A stretch of 64,000 bases of DNA from contig NC_069006.1 of assembly GCF_001194135.2 (NCBI RefSeq), forward strand, positions 26,274,470-26,338,469, in the 5' to 3' direction. Of the stretch, positions 24,401 through 38,486 are shown one piece after another. This DNA is from Octopus bimaculoides (lineage: Eukaryota). A program made the position numbers and the translations under genes. Under the pieces are notes generated by a model that saw only the letters and a list, made by a program, of their open reading frames with translations, was not told the origin of the DNA and searched no databases. Every line of letters starts with the position of its first letter. Within the stretch, counting starts at the first letter, position 1.

Positions 24401-27400
24401 TGGGTGTGATTAGAGGGAAATTTGGCTGTTATCTTTAGCAGGTCTGCAAAAACTGAATAAATGTTTTCTTTGTTAGCTTGGACAAGTGTTCAGGTTATGT
24501 AAACATCATGTTCACAATATGCAAGGTATTATAACCCTACACCTTTCCAGCCATGGCTCTCATGCCATAGACACAGATTTAGAACAACAGCAGCAGTTTC
24601 TGATTCAGGTACAAGGTCAGCAATTTTGAGGGGAGGGGGTAAGTCAATTGACTTACCTCATAAGGCGGAGGTAATAAAATAATGATCGTTAACACCATCG
24701 CCTCACTAATTACAACCACAACAATTAGCACATCAAGCAACCTCCTTTACCTTCCATCTCGGCTTCTTTCTTCTCTCTCTCTTCTTCTTCCTGTAGTTCC
24801 AGTAACTTCTTCTTGTAGGCTGATGTAACAAACTCCTCCTTGTCTTTAAACTCTTCACCCTCCGCCTCACGTTCCTGCTGTATCTTCCTCTCCGTACGTT
24901 TCTCCTGTTCCTTTTTCCTACTCGCAGCTGCTTTCAATAGACCCTCAATATACTTGGGCTGCAAAAACAAACAGATTTACAGTGAACTAATTAAAAAGTT
25001 GCCAAAGAAGAGATTAACTAATTAAGCCATCATTGTAGGGTAGATGTGAAAGGCCAGATTAGGTCAGTTTGAACATACAACAATATATTTAAGCCAGAAA
25101 TGGCCAGTTTAAATGCTAAAGGCTTAAATACATACCTTTTTGTCTGCTTTGGTTTTTAACAAAAGATCAGTTTTGATTTTTTCTGATTGGATGTCATCAT
25201 AGATTTTGTCATATTCATAAACTGAAGGATCATCCTGCAGTGCTTTATCGATCTCTAGCTGTGCCTACAACACCAGAGATCAGAGGTTTTAATAATTGGC
25301 TTTTTAAAATGGAAAGATACTTTTGAGTTNNNNNNNNNNNNNNNNNNNNNNNNNNNNGGGGGGGCAAGAATTTCAAGAATTCAGAGGACAACATTTAAAG
25401 TAACACAGCACCAAAACCTTCAAAGTCACACCAAATGCCAGGCTTCACAATCTCTCAAAACCTTTCCTAGTGGGTCGACATACATAAATTAGCTAAACCT
25501 GCACCCCCCTAAAAGAAAAACCCTTCCTCTTCAAGACCACAAAATACTTGACCTCCAACCAGCAGCTGACCGTCATCGAAATTTAAGCAACACTAGAGGG
25601 CAGCACCTATACTCATTTGTTATAGAAGACGTACACCAGCTGGGATTGGGGACGGGGGGCACACCCATCCCTACATCTATTCTCTCTCTGGTTATATTTC
25701 ATTTAGGGTTTAAAAAGCAAAATATTTACAAATCATTTCTCACCTGTTTTTTCAGTTTGTTTTTTCGAGATTCTTTCTGTAATGACGTACTGAATACTCC
25801 TTGTTCATCCTAGAGAAGAGACAAACGACACAGATATTATTACTGTATCAATAATGGTTAGGGTTAGGGCACTCACCATTGCCAGATCAAACAGCATGTT
25901 GTGTTCTTGAGCAAAACCCTTTTATTTCACATTGCTCCAGTGCTGTGTGTGTGGACCAGCAAAAGGGGTCACACACACACAAACAGGCTTCTTTCAGTTT
26001 CCGTCTACCAAATCTGCTTGCAAGGCTTTGGTTGGTCCAGGGCTATATTAGAAGACACTTGCCTAAGGTGCCATACAGTGGGACTGAACCTGGAACCATG
26101 AGGTTAGGAAGCAAGCATCTTATCACACACCCATGCCTACATCTAATGAAAATGATGATGACAGTCAGCCTATGGTGATAATGATGATGATGATGATATA
26201 AAATAAACAAGTGTGTCACAGATGAACCACTTTCTGTGATTGAATAACTGTTTTGGACAATCACTTAGTCTGAATTTGGGTGTGGTCTTTCATCATGTTT
26301 TCTATATACAGCTTAGGGTATCAGGTTGGATGTAGGGGAGGGAGAGGGGCTTCTAGTATTTCATTTTGTGGTTAAGTAGTTAGCAAACATGGAAGGCCAT
26401 CTGAGCCAGCAGTTAGATAAAACAGACGAAAAATAATTGCTCTTCTATTATCACAGAGATTGTATATGTGAAAGGAATATGTGAGATGCTCCCCACCACC
26501 ACTTGTGCCACCACTGCAGTCAAACAAAGAAAGAATATTTGGAACAACCAAAAAAAAAAAAAAATGTTAAAATAAAAGTTGAATGGAATGAATTGTGCAG
26601 TCTGGCTTTTTGTTTCAGTTTAATTTAATGAAATAATTCAAAAAGAAAGGAATCACATTGTTAATGAAGTTTATATGAAAGAGGGCCACATCCAACACAG
26701 ATAATCGACCTGCGTTATGTTCAAACAAGCCAGATCCAGCCTCTTACACCAACCCTACAATGTTATTCTACAAATGAAAAAAATCACATCACCAAAATAT
26801 GGAAGCTTTGAGATAATACGATGAAATGAAAACGATGTAAAATAAATAAGCATCTGACAGCGTAATCGGAATGCTAAAGGGTTGAATGGTTATCGTTGTT
26901 GTTGTTGTTGGGGTGAGGTTTGACCTAGCTTCCCAGCTATGGTTCAACCATCTAATAGATGTCAGGATCATTGTACATCTCATACATTAGCTTATGTGTC
27001 ACAGCGCATGCCCCTATACTACTACTACTACTACTAACAGAACTAAAATAATGAAATGTCACCATTACAAGAGCACTACATTCAATATACTTCCATCATT
27101 ACAATAACGCCACATGGAGTATACATACATCACTGTCATCTCCAAAAATACTGGGTTTTCCACGAACAAATCCATTCTGTTTCTTTGAAAAGAACAATCC
27201 ATATCTAAAAGATAAAAATAAAATTTTCTTATATTTCACAAGAACGGATGTCATTTCACACACACACACAAAAGGTATCAGAAGACTACACAGGTATGAA
27301 CCAGTGATGTGAATGGATGAGGACAGTAGTTTGAAGAAATGGTGTTCATTTAATGTGGCTGGAACCCGCAGAAGACGAAGACATGTGAACAACGTGGTGA

Positions 27401-28132
27401 AAGCTGACCTGAGAACTGTGAGCCAGACAGATGACATAGCAAAGGGCTGGGATCCCTGGCAATGTGAGATTCTCAATAAGATTCGCTCTTCTAAGCCAAA
27501 CTGAGTTCTGGAAGTTCTATGTTTTGGGATGTCAAGGACAAGGAGATATAAACACATATATATAAATGTATATTATGCAACAGGCTTCCTCCTGTTTCTG
27601 TCTACCAAATCCTCTCATTGGGACTGCCCAGTGTCGCACAGCAGGACTGAACATGAAACCATTGATTGAGAAAGTGAACTTACTAACCACACACACACCA
27701 TCATTTAAGGTCTGTTTTCCATGCTGGTATTGATTGGATGGTCTGAGAGGAGCTGGCAAGCCAGACGACTATACCAAGCTCCACTGGCTGTCTTGGCAGG
27801 ATTTTTACAGCTGGATGCCCTTCCTAACACTAACCACTCAGCAGAGTGGACATATATATATATATATATTCATTCAAAGTTCTAGCCTTTTCAAATCCCA
27901 TCAGAAAATCTAGCTGAAAATTACATAATGACACATATGTCCATGGAATACTTAACCACTTGGCATGATAATTCAGTGAGTTGATCCTACAGCTGATCAA
28001 ACAAGTGGATGCTCCTATGTCAGAACCACCATAGCAATAGTCTACCATATATATATATATANNNNNNNNNNNNNNNNNNNNNNNNNNNNNNNNNNNNNNN
28101 NNNNNNNNNNNNNNNNNNNNNNTATATATATG

Positions 28133-28163
<31 letters not shown>

Positions 28164-31100
28164 GTATATATATATATATACACATAGAGAGAGAGAGAGA
28201 AATATACACAAATTTTCTTTATGAAACTATATTCAACATTCATGCTTTTCACACATTTGTTATATAACCCCACTAATTTCTAATTAGTTATAGAGCACTT
28301 TCGGTAAATAAATGCCTCAAATAAATGAATTAAGATGCACCTTGAGAGGCCAGTGTGCTTGACTCATTACAACATGTTTACCTTACTACAACCGTTGATA
28401 TTAATCGGGAGGTAACTCCAATGGTAAAACAAAATGATTAAACATCATTTTTTTGCTGTTGATTTTTTTTTAATTAGTAATATGCAATTTATTAAAAATA
28501 CGAACATTTCACACATGTAACAAGAGACACTAAATCGAGACAAGAGAGAGACACAGAAACATAAAGAAACTGCCAGACACTTCTAACTTTTGTTTGTGAA
28601 GATTTAACAAGACCAATCTCATTTTAACACTGTCATATAGTTTATCATGACTTTGTTTTGCACAGTATAACAGGATTATTTTTGTTTTGGTGTTTTTTGG
28701 GGGGGGAGGGGGGAAGGTGCCCTCCCCATTAAGTCTAGAATTTATAATTGGTTCCCAATGCAAGCACACACGTCTGTGTGGTTTCTTGTGATAAGCACAA
28801 GGCCACAAGGAAAGGTTAAAAGTTTGTCAATGGAAATTATTTCGGAGCAACTTTTCACTGACACACACAGATTTTATCTGATGAAATGCGTTTGTTTGCG
28901 TGTGTCGTTTAGCTCCAGATCAACTCTGTACAATCAGACCGGTCAATGAAGGACAATTCTAGATCTTCAGGAATATCTACTCCATTGTCTCAAACGACTT
29001 TGTCCTTATGCAAATGCAGTAGGATCTGATTGGAGAGTAGTTTGGCTGTTATTTCTAGCAAGCCAGGCACATTCATTATATGTTCGATTGGCCATAGGTT
29101 AGTCCCGAGAAGCAGACCTATGATCAAAGTTGTTCCAGACATGACCATCACGTTATATTTCCAAACAGTCTATATAGATCCAATGTGTTCTGTTTTAAAG
29201 ACACTGAGATGTGGTTTGAAGGAGATCTGGCCATATCTCCCTCCAGTTCGGCCAATGTTGAAGCAACGTATTAACGTATTGCTGAGAGTCAGCTTGGTTA
29301 TTTGCGAAGCAACGAGAAATTAGCGGCGAAACCCAAGCAACACGACAATGTGCAAGCAACAACAACAACAACAACAATAACGATAATTTATTCTTCAATA
29401 ATAAGTAGGAGGCCTGAAATTCTGGAGGGAGGGGCTAATCGATTCTGACCAACTGGACCCTTATTTTATCGACCCCGAAACAATGAAATGCAAAGCCGAC
29501 TTCGGCGGCGGCATTTGAATAATAGTAATGATGATGATGACGATGCCCACATCCTGAGAAAAACACTGTCGACCTGAGAACATCTGAGTCTTTTAAATTC
29601 GTTGGAAATAAGAAATATTACAGCAAACTTTTAACGAAATCATAATTGTCGGTGGCTGGTCTCTTTTGCTTGCAACAATATATCATAGCGAAATCATAAA
29701 TAACAGCCGTTGTAAAACGTTCAACTTGCTGTCATTTGACGTCTCTGGATGAAAGTTGGATCAGATCGAACAAAAGCCAAGTCACTACGATGGCACCGAT
29801 AATAATCATAATAATAATAATCTCCCAAGATGAATGTCCAAAGATACGATTAACATTAATATGGGTAAAACCCGCTTGAAACACCATGCTGCTTGTCTTC
29901 GTCAAATCTCACGAGGCATTAAATGGTGATAAATTATGTTAAACGAACACAGTGGTAGTGGCATGAATGCTTTTCCCATAGGATGAGAGGGAGGAAATAT
30001 TGGTTAAGGAAGTGTAAGTGGTATCGTTCCAACCATTGATAATCTGCAAGAATCAGATCGTCACCAAACTCAATTCTTCTTGATGACTTCAACCAAATAC
30101 ATTGAAGTTGCCTCCCATGAAAATAAGAAGAAGAAAAAGCAGCAATTTCGCTTTTTTTAAATTTTATTTTCATTCCTCGTTATCTTTATAAGGTGGGCAG
30201 AAAAAATGTTATCTGCTTTTGTTAAGGGGTGGAGGCTCGAATCTAATTTTATTTTTCTTTCGTCTGAACCTATTTCTATCCCTATTTTATATAATGGTTG
30301 CTGTAGAAATATCAGTGAAGAAATATGGTAAACTCACAAGATTTTAGCAAAATGGATTAACAGAAGGAAAAACAGAAATCTCGGTAACCCCCCGCAAATT
30401 ATACCTTCAAAACATAAAAAGGTGCCCTTCACCAGATCTCGACGTTTGCAACTGAATATCTAAAGAGCTATAACATTATTTTTATCAATAATTGTTAAAT
30501 TTAATCATAAAAATCATGGTGTTTTAGTTTTATTTTGTGGATTTGTAACAATATGTTGTTTATATAGAAATATATATTCCAGTAAACGAAGAGAGTCATT
30601 TTGTATTCTAAGCGACAGCAATTAAAAAATTATGGTAATTAACAGGTTTAGATGCATCTAAAAAAGAAAACAAAATTTGACTTTTTAATTCATGATTAAT
30701 AAAATTCAAATATTGTGTAAATAGTCGAAATCTACCAACGACAATATTGTAAAATCCTGCGTGTGCACAAATATATATACATACATATATATTTATATGT
30801 ATATATATATATCACTGTTTAAATGCCTCGTTTAAAATACAAGAGAATCGTCACAGATCAATTCTATAAATTGTTTATTTATTTACGAAAATCAATTTTC
30901 TTTTCAGTCGAAAATCCTATTTTTCCAATGATTCTACGTTGTTAAAAAAGGAAAAACCTGTCTTTCTCCCATTTTGTCTATAAATTTCTGATGCTTGTCC
31001 CAAAAGTAACTTTACATCCCTTTAGATATTGAAATAATTATATACACTTTGTAACAGATCGGTATAAGAGAAGGTGAGTAGGAGAGGAGACGATATGTAA

Positions 31101-31392
31101 ACCGTTAGAAAGAGAGAGAAGTCGACATTTGAAGCCGAAAAACGTTTTTTTTTTTTTGTGGAGAAGAAAAATGGGAAAAGTTGGGGAAGAAGAAGAGAGA
31201 GGGAGAGAAACAGGTTCTTTTTGAAGCCAGCACCGTCGGGTTTATATGGCCAGGTGTCAACATTTGCGATAGAGGTCCTTTGGTCAATGAAATATCTATT
31301 AAAACGAGTGTGGAGAGAGCCGAGGAAGAAATAAAGCAGAAGATAAACAACAAGTGAAAGACATCGACATACCGCTTTTTAGCATCAGCCAT
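21478..31392 (-). CDS. NSRP1: Nuclear speckle splicing regulatory protein 1 (CCDC55/NSrp70), 8 coding exons, 796 aa
   Basis: Exons: 31373-31392, 27129-27204, 25744-25809, 25136-25264, 24751-24958, 24025-24154, 23581-23631, 21478-23188 (2391 nt), GT-AG and in phase. Family motifs: RYGL, KPSIFGDDSD, ALQDDPSVYEYDKIYD, PKYIEGLLKAA..RKKEQE, DKEEFVTSAYKKKL, LDVTKQKDLSGFYR, and C-terminal KYAK..QSLLDAQERYFKRK. Confidence 0.95.
27300..27505 (+). mobile_element. RTE LINE 3' fragment in NSRP1 intron 1 (antisense)
   Basis: MDEDSSLKKWCSFNVAGTRRRRRH..VVKADLRT..W matches the RTE C-terminal GxRxRGRPRKTW..VVKxDL pattern. Confidence 0.7.
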
Positions 31393-33439
31393 GTTTGACG
31401 GAAAGGAGTGAATAATTGCTGCTCTCTCATTGGTGCAATCTTTACTAATTAGGACTGGCCGTAATTAGGCTTAATGAAAATTGTAGGGGTTAATTAATTT
31501 TTAGCTAGGAGTAAACATTTTTTTTTTAATGGAAATATTCAGAAAAAAAGGAAGGATACGATAAGAAAATAAAAAAATTAATCAAGAGACCTGAATCCGC
31601 AATAATTTTACTTACATTTTAAGAAGAAATCTTTAAACGTTGAAATCTGAAAATTTAATTAAAAACAAAGATTGTTTGATCAATCTGTGGATTTTTAAAT
31701 ATTCGTTGATTTTTAAAGAATCGAACACGCAGCCTTGAACTTTTGCTTAGATAAAAGTTTAGGCAGACTAATTTAAAGTTCGGGCAGGTGTAACAATGAT
31801 TCTTTTGTTTGTACGGTTTTTCTCTCTTGATTTTCTTCTTTTATTTTCCGATCTTCTTAGTTTTGCTTCCCTCTTCATCAATATCCACTTCTCTTAGACT
31901 TCGATCCACATCTAGCATTCCTATTAACAAGAATATCCTCGTCTTTAATGGGTGTACCTTTTCTACTCCGTTGTTAGGTCTGTTGACATCATTATACAAA
32001 TATCTGTGTTTTCTGCACAAACTCTCCCGCCTCTCACGATATTTCTGATATATTCCATTCTATATACATTATATTATATACACACAGAATCATCCTAGTG
32101 TTTATAGTTTAGGTTGTCGTAACAACCGCACTTGGTCGTGGTAGCATGTGTGTATGTGTGTAGTGTGTGTGTGAGGAACAAAAGCTATGAAGCTATCCAA
32201 AGAAAATCGAGCGCCGACCTCAATACTTACACACGATAGAGTTTCGTCCCTCGAGGTTGTATATTATGAGGGGGAGTGGCCACAACCCACTTTGTCTCTC
32301 TTTTAGATTCATCAAATGTAATTCTTAACCACGATAAAAAATTAAAAAAACACTTGGCTTATTATAATCCTCTCCACTTATACATCGCACCATTCCACCT
32401 AACCGACATGAAATATTTATTTTCGCTTGAGGCAAACAAATAAAAGTTTAAATCTCTCTTTTCGCCATAGGTAAAACCCGGTAAAAACTTTCGTTGCTGT
32501 TCTTAGCTCGTCCACAATGAGAGATCTAGTCGGAGTAGGTACCAGTTCTGAAACTGGGTCGATTCAATCAACTACAACTACACAATCTCAACATTGTTCA
32601 AAATGACGAAACTAAAAATATTTTTGAATATCGACAGCGGAATCCAAAATACGATTTCATGTGAGATTCGATAGAACAACAAATGATATTACCGTGTGCT
32701 GTTTAATTATGAACCTTTTTGTTATTTTCAAATCTCACAGCGATCAATTTTGCTTTTTCATCCTTCCGGAGCCGATACGATATTTATCAAGTACTGGCAT
32801 CGATTTAATAATACTCTACAACAAACGGAATTATAAAAAAAAAAAAAAAGATTTAAACCTGGACTAAGGTCGTCGCCGTTCAATGTGACACATCCAAGAA
32901 AGAAAAAAAAAGCCTGTTACATAGTTCCAGGACGTACTAGAAATAGCAGCTAAATCTCGTTCAAATCACATCCCCTACGTCTTAAAATGAAGTTTTAGAT
33001 GCTCCTAAACCCAGATCTTTGCGGCAATATTTTTAGACCCTGTGTCTGTCCTTCAAGATTGACCTGGGGTTAAACAATAACTCAACGAGGCGAAACAGTC
33101 TATTAATGTTCCCGAATGAAAATTTCCATTTGATTAATTAAATTTGGACAAAAGAGAAAGTTATAAAATTATTTTTAAAACGATTCAAAAAGAAGCGCAG
33201 GCATACATACATACATACGTATAAACACATACATATGTGCATGTATGTATGTGTTTATACATATACAAGCATGGCTGTGTCATAAGAAGTTCGTGTCCCA
33301 ACAAGATGGTTTGGGGTTTTTATGCCAGCATGGCATGGGCAAACGTCTTCTACGACGGTCCCAGGCCGATCAAAGACTTTAGAGTGGATTTGGTTGACAA
33401 GAACTGAATGAAGCCTATCCTAGATTTAGATGTATATGC

Positions 33440-33472
<33 letters not shown>

Positions 33473-33474
<2 letters not shown>

Positions 33475-33759
33475 GTGGCGGACTGGCCAGGCTGTCAGTT
33501 TGCCCGGTGGCAAGTGGGCCCCTGCGCTCGCCATTAGAATCCATATATGGGGTCCTATATTAGTATCTAAGGGGCCCATCCTCTCAAGTTTGAGAATTTT
33601 TTATTCACTCCTGGAAGAATGCATTAATTATTTCAGCCTGGCCGTGTTTGTGGACAGTTGAAAAGAATATTAAAAAAAAAAAAATCAAATGATAGCATTG
33701 TAGTTGCAGATTGGCCCCCTTAGTTTCCTGGCAACCAATATTTTTAGACCCAGTCCGCC
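33473..33759. mobile_element. hAT-like MITE
   Basis: Inverted termini tagtGGCGGACTGG (33473-33486) and CCAGTCCGCC (33750-33759); the right end runs into an N gap. Confidence 0.5.
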
Positions 33760-33769
33760 NNNNNNNNNN

Positions 33770-33809
<40 letters not shown>

Positions 33810-34787
33810 GAAGTCCATTCTGGCTGATTTGGCCTCTTTCACCGTCCCTTGGTGTCATCATCATCATTTAACGGTCCGTTTGCCATGCTGGCATGGGTTA
33901 GACGGTTTGAAAGAGCTGACTGTCTGGGGAACTCCATGTCTGTTTTGGCAAGGTCTCTGCGGTCGGATACCCCTCCTAACGCCAACCACTTTACAGAGAG
34001 TATTGAGTGCTTTTATGCAGCACTCGCACAGATGCTTTTTACTTCCAAGACCAGTGAGATGAAGGAAGGAATTTATTCTCAAGTGAAGACCTAGCCCAGA
34101 TGCTTGCAACAGGGTGGTTCTCTACAAGCTGCAGCCAAGAATCAGGTTGTGGGGTTGAACTGGATGACAACAAAGTGGATTCTTCCACTAAATCTATCTG
34201 AGAGGCAAGGGGTGGGTGTTAAACCTGGGTAACAGTTTTAGCTTACCCTTCAAGAACTTAGAACACAAAGAGCCATGACAAACAATACAAGGTACATTAT
34301 TCAATCCCTTCAATGAAAAGCCCTTCTTCTTTATTTTACCAATCCTTGAAAGGTTGAAAGGAAAAGTTGATTTCGGTTTTAATTGAGAAATTTCTTCTTT
34401 ACATTAAACAAAGAAAAATTCAAAAACAGTTAAAAACATTTCAATAAAAACACTTTATTAAATATTTAAAAATTACATTTCAAAACAAAAAAAAAAGAAT
34501 TCACCTACTCAGTTTAACGAGGAGAAAATTAATTTCATCTCCTTGTTTTACTCATCAAAAACATATTTCATTTCATCACTGGATATTTTGCACCAGAAAA
34601 ATATTTTTTAGATTTACTCAAAATCACCCTTGTTTTGTATTTGACTTGTTTTTGTTGATTTCTGTAGAAACATTCAGCTCGGGGAAAGTTATCTCAGAGA
34701 GAGACACAAGGGACAGTGAGTCGTGTACCAGGCAAGAAGTGGCAAACCATATTTTGATTGATTTGCTCGTTCTTGTTTTATTTAAAT

Positions 34788-35032
34788 CAGTGGAATTAAA
34801 CCCCTTTTAGGGGTCCATAAAAGATTTAGTTGTTAAAATTCATGTGCAATAAAATTACTTAGGCTTCTACAATATTAGAAAAATATTTAAACAATTTTTT
34901 ATACAATTCTTAATAATATTTAATTATAAAAATATAAGAGGACTTTTTAAATCATTGAATGGCTTTGAGGGTCCAGAAGAGGAAAATGGGAACCAAAGGG
35001 GTCCATAGGAAAAAAAGGGTAGAAAATCACTG
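34788..35032. mobile_element. hAT-Charlie-like MITE
   Basis: CAGTGG...CACTG termini with a near-matching 8-bp flank (atttaaat / atttgaag). Confidence 0.45.
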
Positions 35033-35673
35033 ATTTGAAGCAAAAAATTAGTTCAGTGCACACACATGTGTGTGAGGGGGGTGGGGTGATATCAATGTCT
35101 TGATTGAGTAAATCAATTTTGTTTCTGTAAACGAAAGATATTCTCAGCTGATGAACTAACAAATACTTAATTATTAGAAGTGAAGAAATAAAAATTAACG
35201 AATTGAGTTTTAAAACATTTGAACAAGGAGAGTTTGAGAATATAAATACTGAGGAAAGAACAAAAATGGAAATGACCGAAGACAGGGAATGCAAAGAATA
35301 ATTATTGAATAAATAAGGAATAAATAGAGTGAATGGATAGTTCAGCAAAATGCATGGAGACTAACGGATTGAGCCAATAATGCAACATTTTGTTTTGTTT
35401 TGTTTTTTTTCATTTTCTTTAGGTTGTTGTGTAATTTTTATTTTGACCTTCTTCCGTAGAACTAGGGTCTAAGTAGAAAGAAATCAATATAAATAGTAAA
35501 TAAATAATAATTATTATTATTATATCATTGGTTCACAAACATAAAAAAGTGATAATAAATAGGGATTAGTTTTGATGAGGCCAAAAGCTCATCTATGGAG
35601 TTATAGTCCCATGATGTTGATTGGTGTTGCTCTACGTTGATGACAAAAACCATTTACTGTAGACATACAACAC

Positions 35674-36071
35674 CAGTGGTTCTCAACCAGGGAGCCATAC
35701 AATATTTNNNNNNNNNNNNNNNNNNNNNNNCATGCTAGTAAAATAGTAAATTAGAGATCCACAATAATATTTGTAATGTACCTGAGCTTGGGTGCACCTG
35801 AGCACTGAATACAACAAGTCTGTTGTATCATTTTAGGGGGGGGGGGGGCTAAATTTTGGATTTAAATGTATTTATGGCAAGAAACAGCTAGGTTTCTTTC
35901 TCTAAACATTTTTACATAGTTAATAGGAATTTTGAAAGACATGGCCGCAGCTCTGAGCTGAAAGTTTGAAATGAAAATTAGTTTTTAACCATCGAATGAG
36001 CAGGAGTCTTGCAGCAGAATTAAATAGAAAACAATGGGGTCTAAAAGGCAAGAAATGGTTGAGAAACACTG
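35674..36071. mobile_element. hAT-Charlie-type MITE
   Basis: TIRs CAGTGGTTCTCAACC (35674-35688) and GGTTGAGAAACACTG (36057-36071). Confidence 0.65.
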
Positions 36072-37544
36072 CACTAGAGGAATACAACCCCCAACTATGC
36101 TTACTCTTGATTACCTGCCAATGGTATGCATTGGATCAAACATAGAGCTATGAATGATGAAGAACAGGATGGCAGTGAGTTCAATTCAATGAAGCATCAG
36201 CCTGTCTCCACCACCAAGGACCGAGTGAATAGTTGAATCAAATAAATATTTAAACAATAAATAGAAAGTGAATAGTAATAATAGACAGTTTGGTTGTGAC
36301 AGTTGACTTTAAACCTCACCCTATTACTGGTATCTCATCTGTCAAACTGATTCAAATATACAAATGGAAATACGAAGGGTGGAAGCAGGTATCTATCTTA
36401 CTTCTTTCTCCATTCTCAACACAAAACCGCTTTATTCTGTAGGTCAATAAATAACACTGACATAACATAAATCCATGCATGCACACACACACACACACAT
36501 ACATACATATAAACAGTATAAATATAACAAGAATGTATGTGTGAACATAAAACCTTAAAGTTACAGAAACAGAATAGGACATTGTAATATTTGCACTGTG
36601 CAAGGAAATCCTACTTAAATGAAAGAGGTTTCAATTAAACCACAAGTTAAATCTCAAATTCAACATCAAAGTCAGGCAATATAACCATTACTTACACACA
36701 CACACACGCGGCGGNNNNNNNNNNNNNNNNNNGGGGGGGGGGGGGAAGAATCGAGCAAAAAAATACATAGAGACTGAGTGATTATGAAGAGAACTGGTAA
36801 GTAGGGAACGACTAAGCAGTGAATGAAAATAGTGAATTCATTCTGAACAAATGGACATGTTTAGCTGAAACAATAGATTATCAGAGTTAAATGTAGGTAA
36901 AAAATAACTTTTATAAAAATGGTTGTATAACAAAATGAGGAATTTTTTTTATCATTAAAAAAATTTTTTGATGAATAACTTTTGTGGGTTTTTTTATTTT
37001 TATGAGAGTTGCACTGACAGAGCAGTTAAAGAGTGCTGGACACTAGGCAACGTGGACCACCAGTTTGTACTCTATCATGACTAGTAAAATGACGAGAGCT
37101 AAACAATAACTACAACCAAATATGTAGATTATTATGAGGCTTCAACACTATTTTTGTGTATGCAATGACACACACACACAAGATGCTTTTATTTGAACAT
37201 GTTCAAGTTTATAACATTACTGGGTGCCACTAACTAAATGTCTAGGGACAAATGTTAATCATTTCAATTCTTCTCCAAAGGTTAAACCAATGTTTGGAAT
37301 TAAGTTTTTGTCTGTCCCTGAATAAATTACTTCTTGGACTCCAACCATTTCTTACATTGACACAAAGTCATCCATTTATGAGAGAAAAGTGAAATCTCTC
37401 AAACACAAACAATCAAAACTCAGTTCACATTTAAATAATTTGTTATTTGTTCTACCAAAGCACATCAAGTGTTACTATTCGATCAATATAAATTACCTGA
37501 CGTTATTGCTTTCCCAATTATGTTACCTGCTGTTTCTCTACAGT

Positions 37545-37830
37545 CAGGTCAGGTCAGGAGTGGAGGCATGTGCCATTGCATTCACCATTTGTTGGTATAT
37601 TCCTGGGTTCTTCCAGGTGATCCTTTAAGTAGAGTCCCAGTCGGTCTCCAACTCCGTGAGATACTTCCTCATCTGCTGTGACTATGAGGCATGTGGTAGA
37701 CCCATGTGAGCCGTCAACCCAGCCAGATCCCCAGTGAAGAGAACACAGTAAGCAGGGTCTGACTCAGAAGACCGAGCAGCATGGCTGGGACTCCCGAATC
37801 ATATAGGGCTCATTTGGGATTTGATAAATT
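37545..37830 (-). mobile_element. RTE/RTE-X-like LINE 3' end with (CCTGA)n tail
   Basis: Degenerate QMRKYLTELETDWDST..ITWKNPGIYQQMVNA, ending in cctgacctgacctgac. Confidence 0.55.
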
Positions 37831-38443
37831 AGAGAAACATCACAAATCAAAGTGCATATGCACATAAATGCAATTGCTTTTTCTGCACAATAATTGAAGA
37901 AAAATCAGGAGGAAAGTAAGAATGAAACAGAATTAAATACAAAAGGAGGACATCGTTAATAATGCAATTTAAAAACTTTTAACAATGAAAGTTACAAAAA
38001 CTAAAAAAAGAAAACATGAGTTGAATAACAATAAGAATCATAACAAAACCTTTTGTGATATATTAAGTTTTTTTTGTTTTTTTTTAACTATGTATGGTTG
38101 TTTTTTTTTTATATAATAAAAATGGTAAAGTAAAGAGCAGTTACTTAAATTTGATATAAAATTCGATACAAAAAAATACTAAAAAGTTTGTTCAACACCA
38201 TTTATACATAATCTGCATTTTAGATAAAAATAATTAAAACAATTTCTATATCAATTGAAAGTACTTCTAAAATAGTCTACAAATAAAAACTCTAAAGTCA
38301 AAAAATGGTCTATATAAATATAAACTGTAAGTACTTCACATATAAAAGTTAATTTTCAAAGCGTTAAGCCAGTTTTAACTTAAAAATGTCAATTTTGTAA
38401 ATTGAGAGGAGAGGCTGTATAAGTTGATGGCAATATATATTTC

Positions 38444-38486
<43 letters not shown>

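Noticed and set aside
29934-30173. MGGNFNV-like stretch suggesting a LINE APE endonuclease remnant
   Set aside because: A single degenerate motif, not enough to support a feature.
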